Below are positions 34,032 through 42,899 of a DNA stretch of 64,000 bases, piece by piece (within the stretch, counting starts at the first letter, position 1; every line of letters begins with the position of its first letter). Both the position numbers and the translations under genes were made by a program. The stretch is from Oscillospiraceae bacterium (lineage in GTDB: Bacteria; Bacillota; Clostridia; Oscillospirales; Oscillospiraceae), in contig JAFQZN010000008.1 of the NCBI GenBank assembly GCA_017405865.1, positions 81,539-145,538 on the forward strand, given 5' to 3'. The notes under the pieces are model-generated. The model made no database searches. It was not told the DNA's origin and was given only the letters and a program-made list of their open reading frames with translations.

Positions 34032-34616
34032 TTATTCTTGCTTTCTGCCTTGCCGAATCAGGCGAAGAATGATCGGAGACAATAGAAGATTGATTCCAAG
34101 CTCAATCAGGAAGTTGATGCCGGCGAGGCCGAGCACCATAAAGACGAAGGTGTTTTCAAAGCCTGCCTGTACGCCCCATTCCCGAATCGTCTCCCAGAAG
34201 AAAAGCCGGCAGCCGGCGAAGAACAGGCCGGTATTTACGACGGGACAGATAAAGCTGGCCGCAAGCACAGCCACATACGGATTGTACTTTTCCAGCAACC
34301 GGTAGATCAGACCGGCAGCCAGACCGGCGCAGCAGCCCTTTACCAGCACAGTAACGACCGTTCCGAGCGGATGGATCGTCAAAAATGCCGTCGCGCCGCC
34401 CGAGACAAGTACGACCACGCCAAAGGCAAAGCCAAGCCATGCGCCCGCCCATTCGCCGAGCAGCGCGGCTCCGATGACCACCGGGACGAGAACGAACGTG
34501 ATGGAAACGCCGGGAATGGGCTGCACGAAGTTAGCGATCACCTGCAGTACTACAACGATTGCAGTCAGCACGGCTGCGAGCGCAATCTGCCGCGCTCCGA
34601 TTTTTTGATGTTTCAT
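34032..34616 (-). CDS. ECF transporter S component (PanT-like), substrate uncertain
   Basis: Six hydrophobic helices; AAVLTAIVVVLQ, VPVVIGAALLG, CPVVNTGLF. Confidence 0.8.
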   Translation of the reverse strand: MKHQKIGARQIALAAVLTAIVVVLQVIANFVQPIPGVSITFVLVPVVIGAALLGEWAGAWLGFAFGVVVLVSGGATAFLTIHPLGTVVTVLVKGCCAGLAAGLIYRLLEKYNPYVAVLAASFICPVVNTGLFFAGCRLFFWETIREWGVQAGFENTFVFMVLGLAGINFLIELGINLLLSPIILRLIRQGRKQE

Positions 34617-34696
34617 TTTTCCTCCTGCTGTCGCTCCTGAAAGGATGCAACGCATATAATATTTAGTTCAATGCGTCAATGTCTTGACACACGGGA

Positions 34697-37174
34697 CTAC
34701 GGAATTTCATCCTCCACGGGAGGATTCGGGTCGTAGGTGCCGTTCTGCATCTGCTCCCACTGTTCTTTTGTAATCAGGATCTGACGCGGCTTCGCGCCTT
34801 CAAAGCCGCCGACGATGCCGCGCTCCGCCATTTCGTCCATGATGCGCGCGGCTCTGGCATAGCCGAGCTTCAGGCGGCGCTGGAGCATGGAGGTCGAAGC
34901 CTGCCCGGTTTCCAGAACGACCTCGACGGCTGCAGGCAGCATTTCGTCAAAATCGTTATCGTCCGAATTGCGTGAGGCGTCGGCAGAGGAGCCGCTCTTT
35001 CCGGTCTGCTCGGCGCGTTTTTCGATCTGCTCGATGATATCCGCCGAGTAATTGCTCTGCGACTCTGCTTTGATCGAAGAAACGACGGCCTGCACTTCCT
35101 CGTCGGTAATAAAGCAGCCCTGAATACGCTTCGGCTTGCCCTGACCGAGCGGCGCGAAGAGCATATCGCCCTTGCCGACGAGCTTTTCGGCGCCCTGCGT
35201 ATCGAGAATGATGCGGGACTCCATCGCGGACGAAACGGCGAAAGCGATTCTTGAAGGAATGTTCGCCTTCATGAGGCCGGTAATCACATCCGCCGACGGA
35301 CGCTGGGTGGCAATGACGAGGTGAATGCCGGACGCACGGCCCATCTGTGCAATGCGGCAGATAGACTCTTCAACCTCTTTCGCCGCCACAAGCATCAGGT
35401 CGGCAAGCTCATCGATCACGACGACGATCTGCGGCATCGACTGCTGATCGGGATCGCTCACGATCGTCTTATTATAGGATTCGATATCACGTACGCCAGC
35501 TTCGGACATCATGCGATAGCGGCGCATCATTTCGGTGACCGTCCACTGCAACGCACCGGCCGCCTTTTTCGGATCGGTCACGACGGGGATCAGAAGATGC
35601 GGGATGCCGTTATACACGCCGAGCTCGACCATTTTGGGGTCGACCATGATGAGCTTGACCTCGTCCGGCTTTGCTTTATACAGCAGAGACAGGATGAGGG
35701 TGTTCATGCAGACGGATTTGCCGGAGCCGGTCGTGCCGGCGATCAGCATGTGCGGCAGCTTGGAAATATCTCCGACGATGCAGTTGCCGCTGATGTCCTT
35801 GCCGACTGCAAAGGAGATCTTGGATTTACTGTTCTTGAAGGCCGGAGAGTCGATCACTTCGCGGGCATAAACGACGTTGACGGATTTATTCGGCACCTCG
35901 ATGCCGACGACGGAGATCTTGTCGGGAATCGCGGAAATACGAACGCCGGTCGCGCCGAGCGCAAGTGCAATATCGTCGGCAAGGTTCGTGACCTTGGACA
36001 GCTTTACGCCCCGGTCAAGCTCCAGCTCGTAGCGCGTAACGGACGGGCCGCGAATGACGTCGACGATGTTCGGCACGATGCCGAAGCTCTCCAAAGCGTC
36101 TGCAAGACGCTTGGTATTCTCGCGCATTTCGCCGGTCGCGTCGACCGTGTTCTGACGGCGAAGATCCAGCAGAGAGATCGGCGGGAACCGGTACTCCGGC
36201 TGCGTTTCTTCCGCCTTCATCTCGATCTCGTGCGAGATCTCGGCCGCTTCGGCCGCTGCCTCGCCCTTTTTGACCTTTTCCGGCTCCGGCGTAATCGGCG
36301 TCGTCGGCTTCGTGACTTCGGGCAGCAGTTCGATTTCGTCAATCGTCACTTGCTTTCTCTCCGCATCGATCACCGGCATCGGCTTCTCTTCAACCGGTTG
36401 TTCTCCGTCCGGCTTGCGGTTTTTTTTAGACTTTTTCCCCTTCTCTTCCGGCGGCTCGTCGATCGGCAGATCGTATTCCGCCGCATTCACCGGATGCTTG
36501 CGTTCATAGCGTTCAATGCGCTTGGTCTGCACGTGATTGACCAGCCGCTCGGCGGGATCCGCCTTCGGCACGGGAGCGGGCGATTCCTCCTTCGGCATCG
36601 GTGGACGGTTTTTGATCGCCGTGATCAGGCTGTTGATCGTGATACCGAAGATCGACATGCCCTGCAGGATCAGGAGAATCAGGAAAACGATCAGACCGCC
36701 GAATTTCGTGATCGCCGCCTCAAAGACTTCCGCAAAGAAGCCCGGGACAAGGCCGCCGCTCGTCCAGTCCAAGCCGCCGTTCCAGAGCGCCTTGAGAGAA
36801 AGCTCCGTGTTATTGCCGGTAAAGATCTCATAGCAGAGGTGCGCAATGCCGGAGAGCGTGATGATCAGCGTGAGCATGCTGAAGACGCGCAGCTTGACCG
36901 GCTTGTCCTTGCCTCGGAAGAGCGTGATTGCAATGGCGATCAGAATGACCGGCAGTATGTACCTTCCGAGCTGACCGAACAGACCGCCGATCAGCGCAGC
37001 GGCCGGCGCGAGCAGGAACGCATCCGTGGGAAGACAGCACAAAAATGCGAAAATTGCAACCAGAATGAGCAAAATCCCTGTAAACTCACGGCGATTCTGC
37101 TGTTCCCGCTTTGTCGCGCTCACGTGCTTACTCGACTGGGACTCCTTTTTCTTGTTTTTTGGTTTATTAGACAT
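34697..37174 (-). CDS. ftsK: DNA translocase FtsK/SpoIIIE
   Basis: N-terminal TM domain, GPSVTRYE, PHMLIAGTTGSGKS, IDELADLM, ATQRPS, gamma domain STSMLQRRLKLGYARAARIMD. Confidence 0.97.
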   Translation of the reverse strand: MSNKPKNKKKESQSSKHVSATKREQQNRREFTGILLILVAIFAFLCCLPTDAFLLAPAAALIGGLFGQLGRYILPVILIAIAITLFRGKDKPVKLRVFSMLTLIITLSGIAHLCYEIFTGNNTELSLKALWNGGLDWTSGGLVPGFFAEVFEAAITKFGGLIVFLILLILQGMSIFGITINSLITAIKNRPPMPKEESPAPVPKADPAERLVNHVQTKRIERYERKHPVNAAEYDLPIDEPPEEKGKKSKKNRKPDGEQPVEEKPMPVIDAERKQVTIDEIELLPEVTKPTTPITPEPEKVKKGEAAAEAAEISHEIEMKAEETQPEYRFPPISLLDLRRQNTVDATGEMRENTKRLADALESFGIVPNIVDVIRGPSVTRYELELDRGVKLSKVTNLADDIALALGATGVRISAIPDKISVVGIEVPNKSVNVVYAREVIDSPAFKNSKSKISFAVGKDISGNCIVGDISKLPHMLIAGTTGSGKSVCMNTLILSLLYKAKPDEVKLIMVDPKMVELGVYNGIPHLLIPVVTDPKKAAGALQWTVTEMMRRYRMMSEAGVRDIESYNKTIVSDPDQQSMPQIVVVIDELADLMLVAAKEVEESICRIAQMGRASGIHLVIATQRPSADVITGLMKANIPSRIAFAVSSAMESRIILDTQGAEKLVGKGDMLFAPLGQGKPKRIQGCFITDEEVQAVVSSIKAESQSNYSADIIEQIEKRAEQTGKSGSSADASRNSDDNDFDEMLPAAVEVVLETGQASTSMLQRRLKLGYARAARIMDEMAERGIVGGFEGAKPRQILITKEQWEQMQNGTYDPNPPVEDEIP

Positions 37175-37186
37175 TCAGCTTCCTCC

Positions 37187-38026
37187 TTACGCGTTGATCA
37201 GCGCCAGAATCAGCACGACAACGGCGGCTTCCCAACTGTAATAAGCAAAGAAATTGATCTTGTTCTGCTGCATCAAGTAGCGGTAATACTGGATCGCAAA
37301 ATACCCTGCCACGGCAGCAAACAGTACGGTAAACAGCATCGGCAGCAGGATGGCGAAGGCAAACGATCCGTAAAGCAGGGCGCGGATCAGATGATAGAAA
37401 AATGCAACACACTCAAAGGCAAGCGTCAGCATATAGGTAAGGCGCGTGTTGTAAGCGTTATTCAGCCCGCGCATCCTGCCGACGGAAAGCGAGATTCCGG
37501 TTGAGGAAAGGCCGGGCAATACCCAGAACGCTCTTCCAAGCCCGATCCAAAACATGTCGGACAGCAGCACGCTGCGCTCGCTTTTGCCGCCCTCGTTGGT
37601 GCGGAAGCAAAAAAAGAGGATGATACCGTTCAGAATAAAGAGCAGCGCCACGTAGATCAGGCCGGAGAAATGGTCGGCCAGAGACGCAAAAATCAGCGAC
37701 AGCAGCATCGGCAGCAGCGCAAACAGCCCGATAACGATGCTGCGGACGCGCATACGGTCATAGCGGTCCCTGCGACGGCGTTTTTTGATGCCGACGAGGA
37801 TCATCACTTCCCTGCCCAACGTCCGTGCCTCCGAACGGAAGGCAATGTTGATCGCGAGGATGACGCCGATGCAGAGCGCCAGACGGACGTAATACCCGCC
37901 GCCGTCATTCAGCGGCGTTAGATTAAACGCACTGCGCAAGAGCGCATAATGACCCGAATAGGAAATCGGCAGCAGCTCGGAGACGCCGCCGAACAGACCG
38001 TAAAGGATCGCTTCCCAAATCTTCAA
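37187..38026 (-). CDS. UppP/BacA-family membrane protein with degenerate catalytic motifs
   Basis: GGVSELLPISYSGH and PGLSSTG versus canonical EGxTEFLPVSSTGH and PGxSRSG; TTG start with GAGGAG RBS. Confidence 0.8.
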   Translation of the reverse strand: MKIWEAILYGLFGGVSELLPISYSGHYALLRSAFNLTPLNDGGGYYVRLALCIGVILAINIAFRSEARTLGREVMILVGIKKRRRRDRYDRMRVRSIVIGLFALLPMLLSLIFASLADHFSGLIYVALLFILNGIILFFCFRTNEGGKSERSVLLSDMFWIGLGRAFWVLPGLSSTGISLSVGRMRGLNNAYNTRLTYMLTLAFECVAFFYHLIRALLYGSFAFAILLPMLFTVLFAAVAGYFAIQYYRYLMQQNKINFFAYYSWEAAVVVLILALINA

Positions 38027-38110
38027 GTTCCAGTCTCCTCTGTTTGTTTTGGAACGTCAATACGAATTCTGATAGATTATAACACATCTTTCAGAGAATT
38101 TCCATCTTTT

Positions 38111-38797
38111 TTATGATTTTCTGTTACCGTTCTTCTTTTTTGCCGCAATCATGCGGTGCAGCGTATCCAGCGCGTCGTGCAGACTGCCGAGGCGGTCGAT
38201 CAGGCCGCTTTCCACCGCTTCCCTGCCGTAGACGATCGTACCGACGTCCGTGGCGATCTGCCCGGTCGCCATCATATATTCCGAAAACTTTTCCTTGCTG
38301 ATTTTGGAGTTTGCGGTCACGAAATCCGTGATCTGCTCCTGAATCCGCTGAAAATAATGATACGTCGCCGGGGCGCCGACAACAAGGCCGCTCATTCTGA
38401 CCGGATGGATCATCATACTTGCGGAGGGGGCGATCATGCTCTTTTTGGCGGAAACGGCAAGCGGAATGCCGATCGAATGTCCGCCGCCGAGGACCAGCGA
38501 AACGGTCGGCTTTTTCATGCCGGAGATCAGCTCGGATATCGCAAGCCCTGCCTCGATGTCACCGCCGACGGTATTGAGAAGCAGTAACAGCCCGTCAATA
38601 TCGTCGCTTTCTTCGATCGTCGCCAGCAGCGGCAGCACGTGCTCGTATTTCGTCGTTTTCACCGTTTCCGGCGCGACCTGATGTCCCTCGATCTGTCCGA
38701 TGATCGTCAGCGTGTAGATGCAGCCGCGATCCGTTCTTGTCAAGCCTGCGCCGAGGTCCTCCAGCCGTTCCTGTGTCAGCGTTCTTTCCTCGTCCAT
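38111..38797 (-). CDS. tepA: ClpP-family spore germination protease TepA
   Basis: IIGQIEGH..KTTKYEHVLP, LNTVGGDIEAG, GGGHSIG, MIHPVR. Confidence 0.88.
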   Translation of the reverse strand: MDEERTLTQERLEDLGAGLTRTDRGCIYTLTIIGQIEGHQVAPETVKTTKYEHVLPLLATIEESDDIDGLLLLLNTVGGDIEAGLAISELISGMKKPTVSLVLGGGHSIGIPLAVSAKKSMIAPSASMMIHPVRMSGLVVGAPATYHYFQRIQEQITDFVTANSKISKEKFSEYMMATGQIATDVGTIVYGREAVESGLIDRLGSLHDALDTLHRMIAAKKKNGNRKS

Positions 38798-38908
38798 GTT
38801 TTGCCTCCGTTCGTTTTCGGTTAGTATTCCACCGATCGGAAGCTGTAATCATAAGGCTTGAAAAAAACGAAATTTCCTGCTATAATGCTGCAAAAGGAGG
38901 CTGATTGC

Positions 38909-39157
38909 ATGCATTATGAGTATAAAACGCGCGGTACCTGCGCATCGAAAATCGTATTTGACCTGGAAGACGGGATCGTCAGCAACATCCGCTTCATCGG
39001 CGGGTGCTCCGGCAATACGCAGGGCGTTGCGGCGCTGGCGAACGGAAAGCCGATCGAGGAATTGATCGAAACGCTTCAGGGCATTCGATGCGGACTCCGC
39101 CCCACTTCCTGCCCGGATCAGCTCGCGCAGGCATTGCTTTCCGCAAAAGAGCAATAA
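38909..39157 (+). CDS. Stand-alone TSCPD-domain protein (TIGR03905-like)
   Basis: GTC, GGCSGN, GIRCG..TSCPDQLA; RBS AAGGAGG; TTGAAA-17-TATAAT promoter (38858-38886). Confidence 0.88.
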   Translation: MHYEYKTRGTCASKIVFDLEDGIVSNIRFIGGCSGNTQGVAALANGKPIEELIETLQGIRCGLRPTSCPDQLAQALLSAKEQ

Positions 39158-39162
39158 TAAAA

Positions 39163-39192
39163 AGGAAGCTGCCGGTATTTCGGCAGCTTCCT
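39163..39192. terminator. Hairpin terminator between convergent genes
   Basis: 12-bp perfect stem AGGAAGCTGCCG/CGGCAGCTTCCT. Confidence 0.75.
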
Positions 39193-39203
39193 GATATTTT
39201 CTG

Positions 39204-41096
39204 TCAAACCATCAGACTGCAGACAAGATCGCTGAACGCCGTCGGATCTTCCAGCGGCAGATTCGCCATCAGCAGACCCTGCTGATAGAGCAGGTCTGTG
39301 TATTTTTTTGCCTTTTCAGAATCGGAAGCGACGCAGCTGTGCAGGGCAGTCAGTGCCGGATGATCGGGGTTGATCTGCAGCACCTTGCCTGCCTTTAGCT
39401 CCGCCGTCGGATCCATGGCACGGAAATACTTTTCCATTTCAAAGCTCATGCCGCCGTCCGGCACCATGGAAACCGCGTGCGATCCCAGCTCGTTGGAAAC
39501 CCGGACGTCTGCGACCTTGTCGCCGAGCGTTTCCTTGATAAACGTGATGCAGTCCTTGAACTGCTCCGCTTTTTCCTCTGCGGCCTTCTTTTCATCCTCC
39601 GTTGCAAGGTCAAGGTCGTCCGTCAGAATATTACGGAATTCGTGCTCTTCATACTTGTTGAGCGTCTGCGGAATGAATTCGTCGACCTGCTCCGTCAGAA
39701 GAAGCACGTCGAAGCCGCGCTCACGCAGCAGCGCCGTCTGCGGCAGCTTGGAAAGCTGCTGCGCGCTGTTGCCGGTCACGTAGTAGATATGCTTCTGCGA
39801 CTGCGGCATCTTTTCGCAATATTCCTTGAGCGTGACGAGCTTGCCTTCCTTATCGGAATGGAATTCGACCAGATCCTGCAGCATTTCCTTGTGCATGCCG
39901 TAATCGGAGACAAGACCGTATTTGAGGTTGCGTCCGAATGCTGCGTAGAATTTCTCGTAGGCTTCTCTGTTCTGCTCCAGCAGGCGCAGCAGCTCCGCCT
40001 TGATCTTCTTTTCCAGATTGGCGGCGATCGTTTTCAGTTCTCTCGTGTGCTGCAGTAGCTCGCGGCTGATGTTCAGGCTCAAATCCTGCGTGTCGACCAC
40101 GCCGCGAACGAAGCGGAAATGCTCCGGCAGCAGATCCTCACAGTGATCCATGATCATCACGCCGGAGGAATACAGCTGCAGCCCGGACTTAAAGTCTTTC
40201 GTGTAGAAATCGTACGGCGCTTTTGCGGGAATATAGAGCAGCGCCTTATAGGTAACGGTTCCTTCCACGGAGATCGGGAGAATGCCGACGGGTTCTTCAT
40301 AATCGAAAAACTTCTCGCGGTAAAACGCTTTGTATTCCTCGTCCGTGACGTCCTGCTTGTTCTTCTGCCAGAGCGGCACCATGGAGTTCAGCGTCTGATC
40401 CTCTATGACCGTCTCGAATTTCGGCTCCTTATCGTCTTTCGTTTCCTCGGTCGGCTTGCGCTCTTCGACCTGCATCTTGATCGGATAACGGATATAATCG
40501 GAATACTTCTTAACCAGCCCACGCAGGCGGTATTCGCCCAGATAGTCGCTGTAACGCTCCTCCTCGGTGTCCGGCTTGAGCTTCAGAATGATCTCGGTAC
40601 CTGCCGCACCCTTTTCGCATTCGGTGACCGTATAGCCGTCGGCGCCGGCAGAATGCCATTTCCACGCCTGCTCCTGCCCGTATTTTCTGGAGATCACGGT
40701 AACCTCGTCAGCGACCATGAACGCAGAATAGAAGCCGACGCCGAACTGTCCGATGATGTCGATATCCTCCTGCTTTTCCATCGCGGTTTTGAAATTCAAA
40801 GAGCCGCTGTGCGCGATCGTGCCGAGGTTTTCCTCCATTTCCTCCTTGCTCATGCCGATGCCATTATCGGAAACGGTAAGCGTTCCCGCCTCCTTATCGG
40901 CAGCGAGGCGGATATAGAAATCGCTGCGGCTCAAGCCGACGGACTGATCCGTCAGTGCAAGATACGCCAGCTTATCGATCGCATCGGAGGCGTTTGAGAT
41001 CAGTTCCCGAAGAAAAATCTCCTTATGCGTATAAATTGAATTGATCATCAGATCCAGCAGGCGTTTCGATTCCGCCTTGAACTGCTTCTTTGCCAT
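39204..41096 (-). CDS. htpG: Hsp90 chaperone HtpG
   Basis: FKAESKRLLDLMINSIY, FLRELISNASDA, DNGIGM, IGQFGVGFYSAF, FVRGVVD, SLNISRE. Confidence 0.98.
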   Translation of the reverse strand: MAKKQFKAESKRLLDLMINSIYTHKEIFLRELISNASDAIDKLAYLALTDQSVGLSRSDFYIRLAADKEAGTLTVSDNGIGMSKEEMEENLGTIAHSGSLNFKTAMEKQEDIDIIGQFGVGFYSAFMVADEVTVISRKYGQEQAWKWHSAGADGYTVTECEKGAAGTEIILKLKPDTEEERYSDYLGEYRLRGLVKKYSDYIRYPIKMQVEERKPTEETKDDKEPKFETVIEDQTLNSMVPLWQKNKQDVTDEEYKAFYREKFFDYEEPVGILPISVEGTVTYKALLYIPAKAPYDFYTKDFKSGLQLYSSGVMIMDHCEDLLPEHFRFVRGVVDTQDLSLNISRELLQHTRELKTIAANLEKKIKAELLRLLEQNREAYEKFYAAFGRNLKYGLVSDYGMHKEMLQDLVEFHSDKEGKLVTLKEYCEKMPQSQKHIYYVTGNSAQQLSKLPQTALLRERGFDVLLLTEQVDEFIPQTLNKYEEHEFRNILTDDLDLATEDEKKAAEEKAEQFKDCITFIKETLGDKVADVRVSNELGSHAVSMVPDGGMSFEMEKYFRAMDPTAELKAGKVLQINPDHPALTALHSCVASDSEKAKKYTDLLYQQGLLMANLPLEDPTAFSDLVCSLMV

Positions 41097-41118
41097 AAAA
41101 CCATCTTCCTTCGTCAAT

Positions 41119-41145
41119 TTGGCACTCATCGCTTATGAGTGCTAA
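41119..41145 (-). promoter_or_regulatory. CIRCE element (HrcA operator) between the htpG promoter and RBS
   Basis: TTAGCACTC-N9-GAGTGCCAA, one mismatch to consensus; TTGCAT-16-TATAAT immediately upstream. Confidence 0.93.
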
Positions 41146-41248
41146 TGCTATTATAACGCGTTATTTGTAAAATGCAAGCCCCGTTACAAAGAATTCATAC
41201 TTTATTTCTCGTTCGCCTTATGATACACTGAAAGTGAGGTGAAGTTCT

Positions 41249-42850
41249 ATGATTACAGTCAGCGATCTTGCGCTGCAATTCGGCGGCACGTACCTGTTTC
41301 AGCACGTCGACCTGCAATTCACGGCAGGCAACTGCTACGGCGTCATCGGCGCAAACGGCGCCGGAAAATCGACCTTTTTGAAGCTCCTTTCCGGCGAGCT
41401 GGAGTCAACCAAGGGAGAAATATCCATTAAGCCCGGCCTGCGCATGTCCGTTTTGAAGCAGAATCAGTTTGCCTATGACGCCTACTCCGTGATCGACACG
41501 GTCATTATGGGCAACAAGCGTCTGTATGACGTGATGAAGCAGAAGGACGCGCTCTACGCAAAGCCAGATTTCTCGGACGAGGACGGCATGCTCGCCTCCG
41601 AGCTGGAGATTGAATTTGCCGAGATGAACGGCTGGGAGGCGGAATCCGATGCAAGCCGCATTCTGCAGGGGCTGGGAATCCCCGTCGAGCTGCATTACGA
41701 CATGATGGCGGATACCGATCCGCGCTTGAAGGTCAAGGTCCTGCTCGCACAGGCGCTGTTCGGAAACCCCGATATTATTCTTCTGGACGAGCCGACCAAC
41801 AACCTCGATATCGAGTCCATCAACTGGCTGGAAAACTTCCTTCTGGACTATGAGGACAACGGCACGGTCATCGTCGTCAGCCACGACCGCCATTTTCTGA
41901 ACACAGTCTGCACCCATATTGTCGATATCGACTACGGCAAGATCAAGATGTACGTCGGCAACTACGATTTCTGGTACGAATCCAGCCAGCTCGTCCAGAC
42001 GCTTCTGCGCAATAAAAACAAGCGGAATGAAGAAAAAATCGCGGAGCTGCAGGAGTTTATCTCCCGCTTCTCGGCGAACAAGGCAAAGAGCAAGCAGGCA
42101 ACGGCGCGCCGCCGCCTGCTCGAAAAATTGAGCATAGAAGAGATCCCGATGTCCTCCCGCCGCTACCCTTTCGTCGGCTTTACCAGAGAGCGAGAGGTCG
42201 GCAAGGATATTCTCTTCGTCACGGAGGTTTCCAAGACCGTCGACGGCGTAAAGCTGCTGGACAAGGTCTCCTTCACCGTGAACAAAAACGATAAGATCGC
42301 CTTCGTCGGCGAAAACGAGCTGGCGCAGACGACCATGTTCAAGATTCTGATGGGAGAACTGGAGCCGGACGAGGGCAGCGTCCGCTGGGGCGTGACGACC
42401 TCGCAGAGCTACTTCCCGAAAGACAATTCCTCCTTCTTTGAGGGCTGCAGCGACAGCCTCGTGGACTGGCTGCGGCAGTTTTCCGCCAAGAAGGACGACG
42501 TCTACCTGCGTAGCTTCCTCGGCAGGATGCTCTTTTCCGGAGACGACGTGTTCAAGCCCGTCAATGTGCTCTCCGGCGGAGAAAAGGTGCGCTGCATGCT
42601 CTCAAAAATGATGCTGTCCGGCGCGAACGTCCTTTTACTCGATCAGCCGACCAACCATCTGGATATGGAGTCCATACAGGCGGTCAATAACGGCATGGTG
42701 GCTTTCCCGGGAAATATCCTCTTTGCAAGCCACGACCATGAGCTCCTGCAGTCGGTTGCAAACCGCATTATCGAGTTCCGCCCCGACGGAACGATATTGG
42801 ACCGCGTCGGGACCTATGACGAGTATCTGGACTTCAGAAAAGAAGCGTAA
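41249..42850 (+). CDS. ABC-F ribosome-associated ATPase (YbiT/YkpA-like)
   Basis: Two NBDs, no TM domain; GANGAGKST, LLDEPTNNLD, linker with SANKAK; second NBD degenerate. Confidence 0.92.
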   Translation: MITVSDLALQFGGTYLFQHVDLQFTAGNCYGVIGANGAGKSTFLKLLSGELESTKGEISIKPGLRMSVLKQNQFAYDAYSVIDTVIMGNKRLYDVMKQKDALYAKPDFSDEDGMLASELEIEFAEMNGWEAESDASRILQGLGIPVELHYDMMADTDPRLKVKVLLAQALFGNPDIILLDEPTNNLDIESINWLENFLLDYEDNGTVIVVSHDRHFLNTVCTHIVDIDYGKIKMYVGNYDFWYESSQLVQTLLRNKNKRNEEKIAELQEFISRFSANKAKSKQATARRRLLEKLSIEEIPMSSRRYPFVGFTREREVGKDILFVTEVSKTVDGVKLLDKVSFTVNKNDKIAFVGENELAQTTMFKILMGELEPDEGSVRWGVTTSQSYFPKDNSSFFEGCSDSLVDWLRQFSAKKDDVYLRSFLGRMLFSGDDVFKPVNVLSGGEKVRCMLSKMMLSGANVLLLDQPTNHLDMESIQAVNNGMVAFPGNILFASHDHELLQSVANRIIEFRPDGTILDRVGTYDEYLDFRKEA

Positions 42851-42852
42851 AA

Positions 42853-42889
42853 AACCGGGTGTACTGTAATGCGAACAGTACACCCGGTT
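42853..42889. terminator. Hairpin terminator between convergent genes
   Basis: 15-bp perfect stem AACCGGGTGTACTGT/ACAGTACACCCGGTT. Confidence 0.8.
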
Positions 42890-42899
42890 ATTGTTATTA

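Noticed and set aside
38820-38850. sigmaF/G promoter for tepA (TGGAATACTA)
   Set aside because: Only the -10 matches; the -35 is unconvincing.
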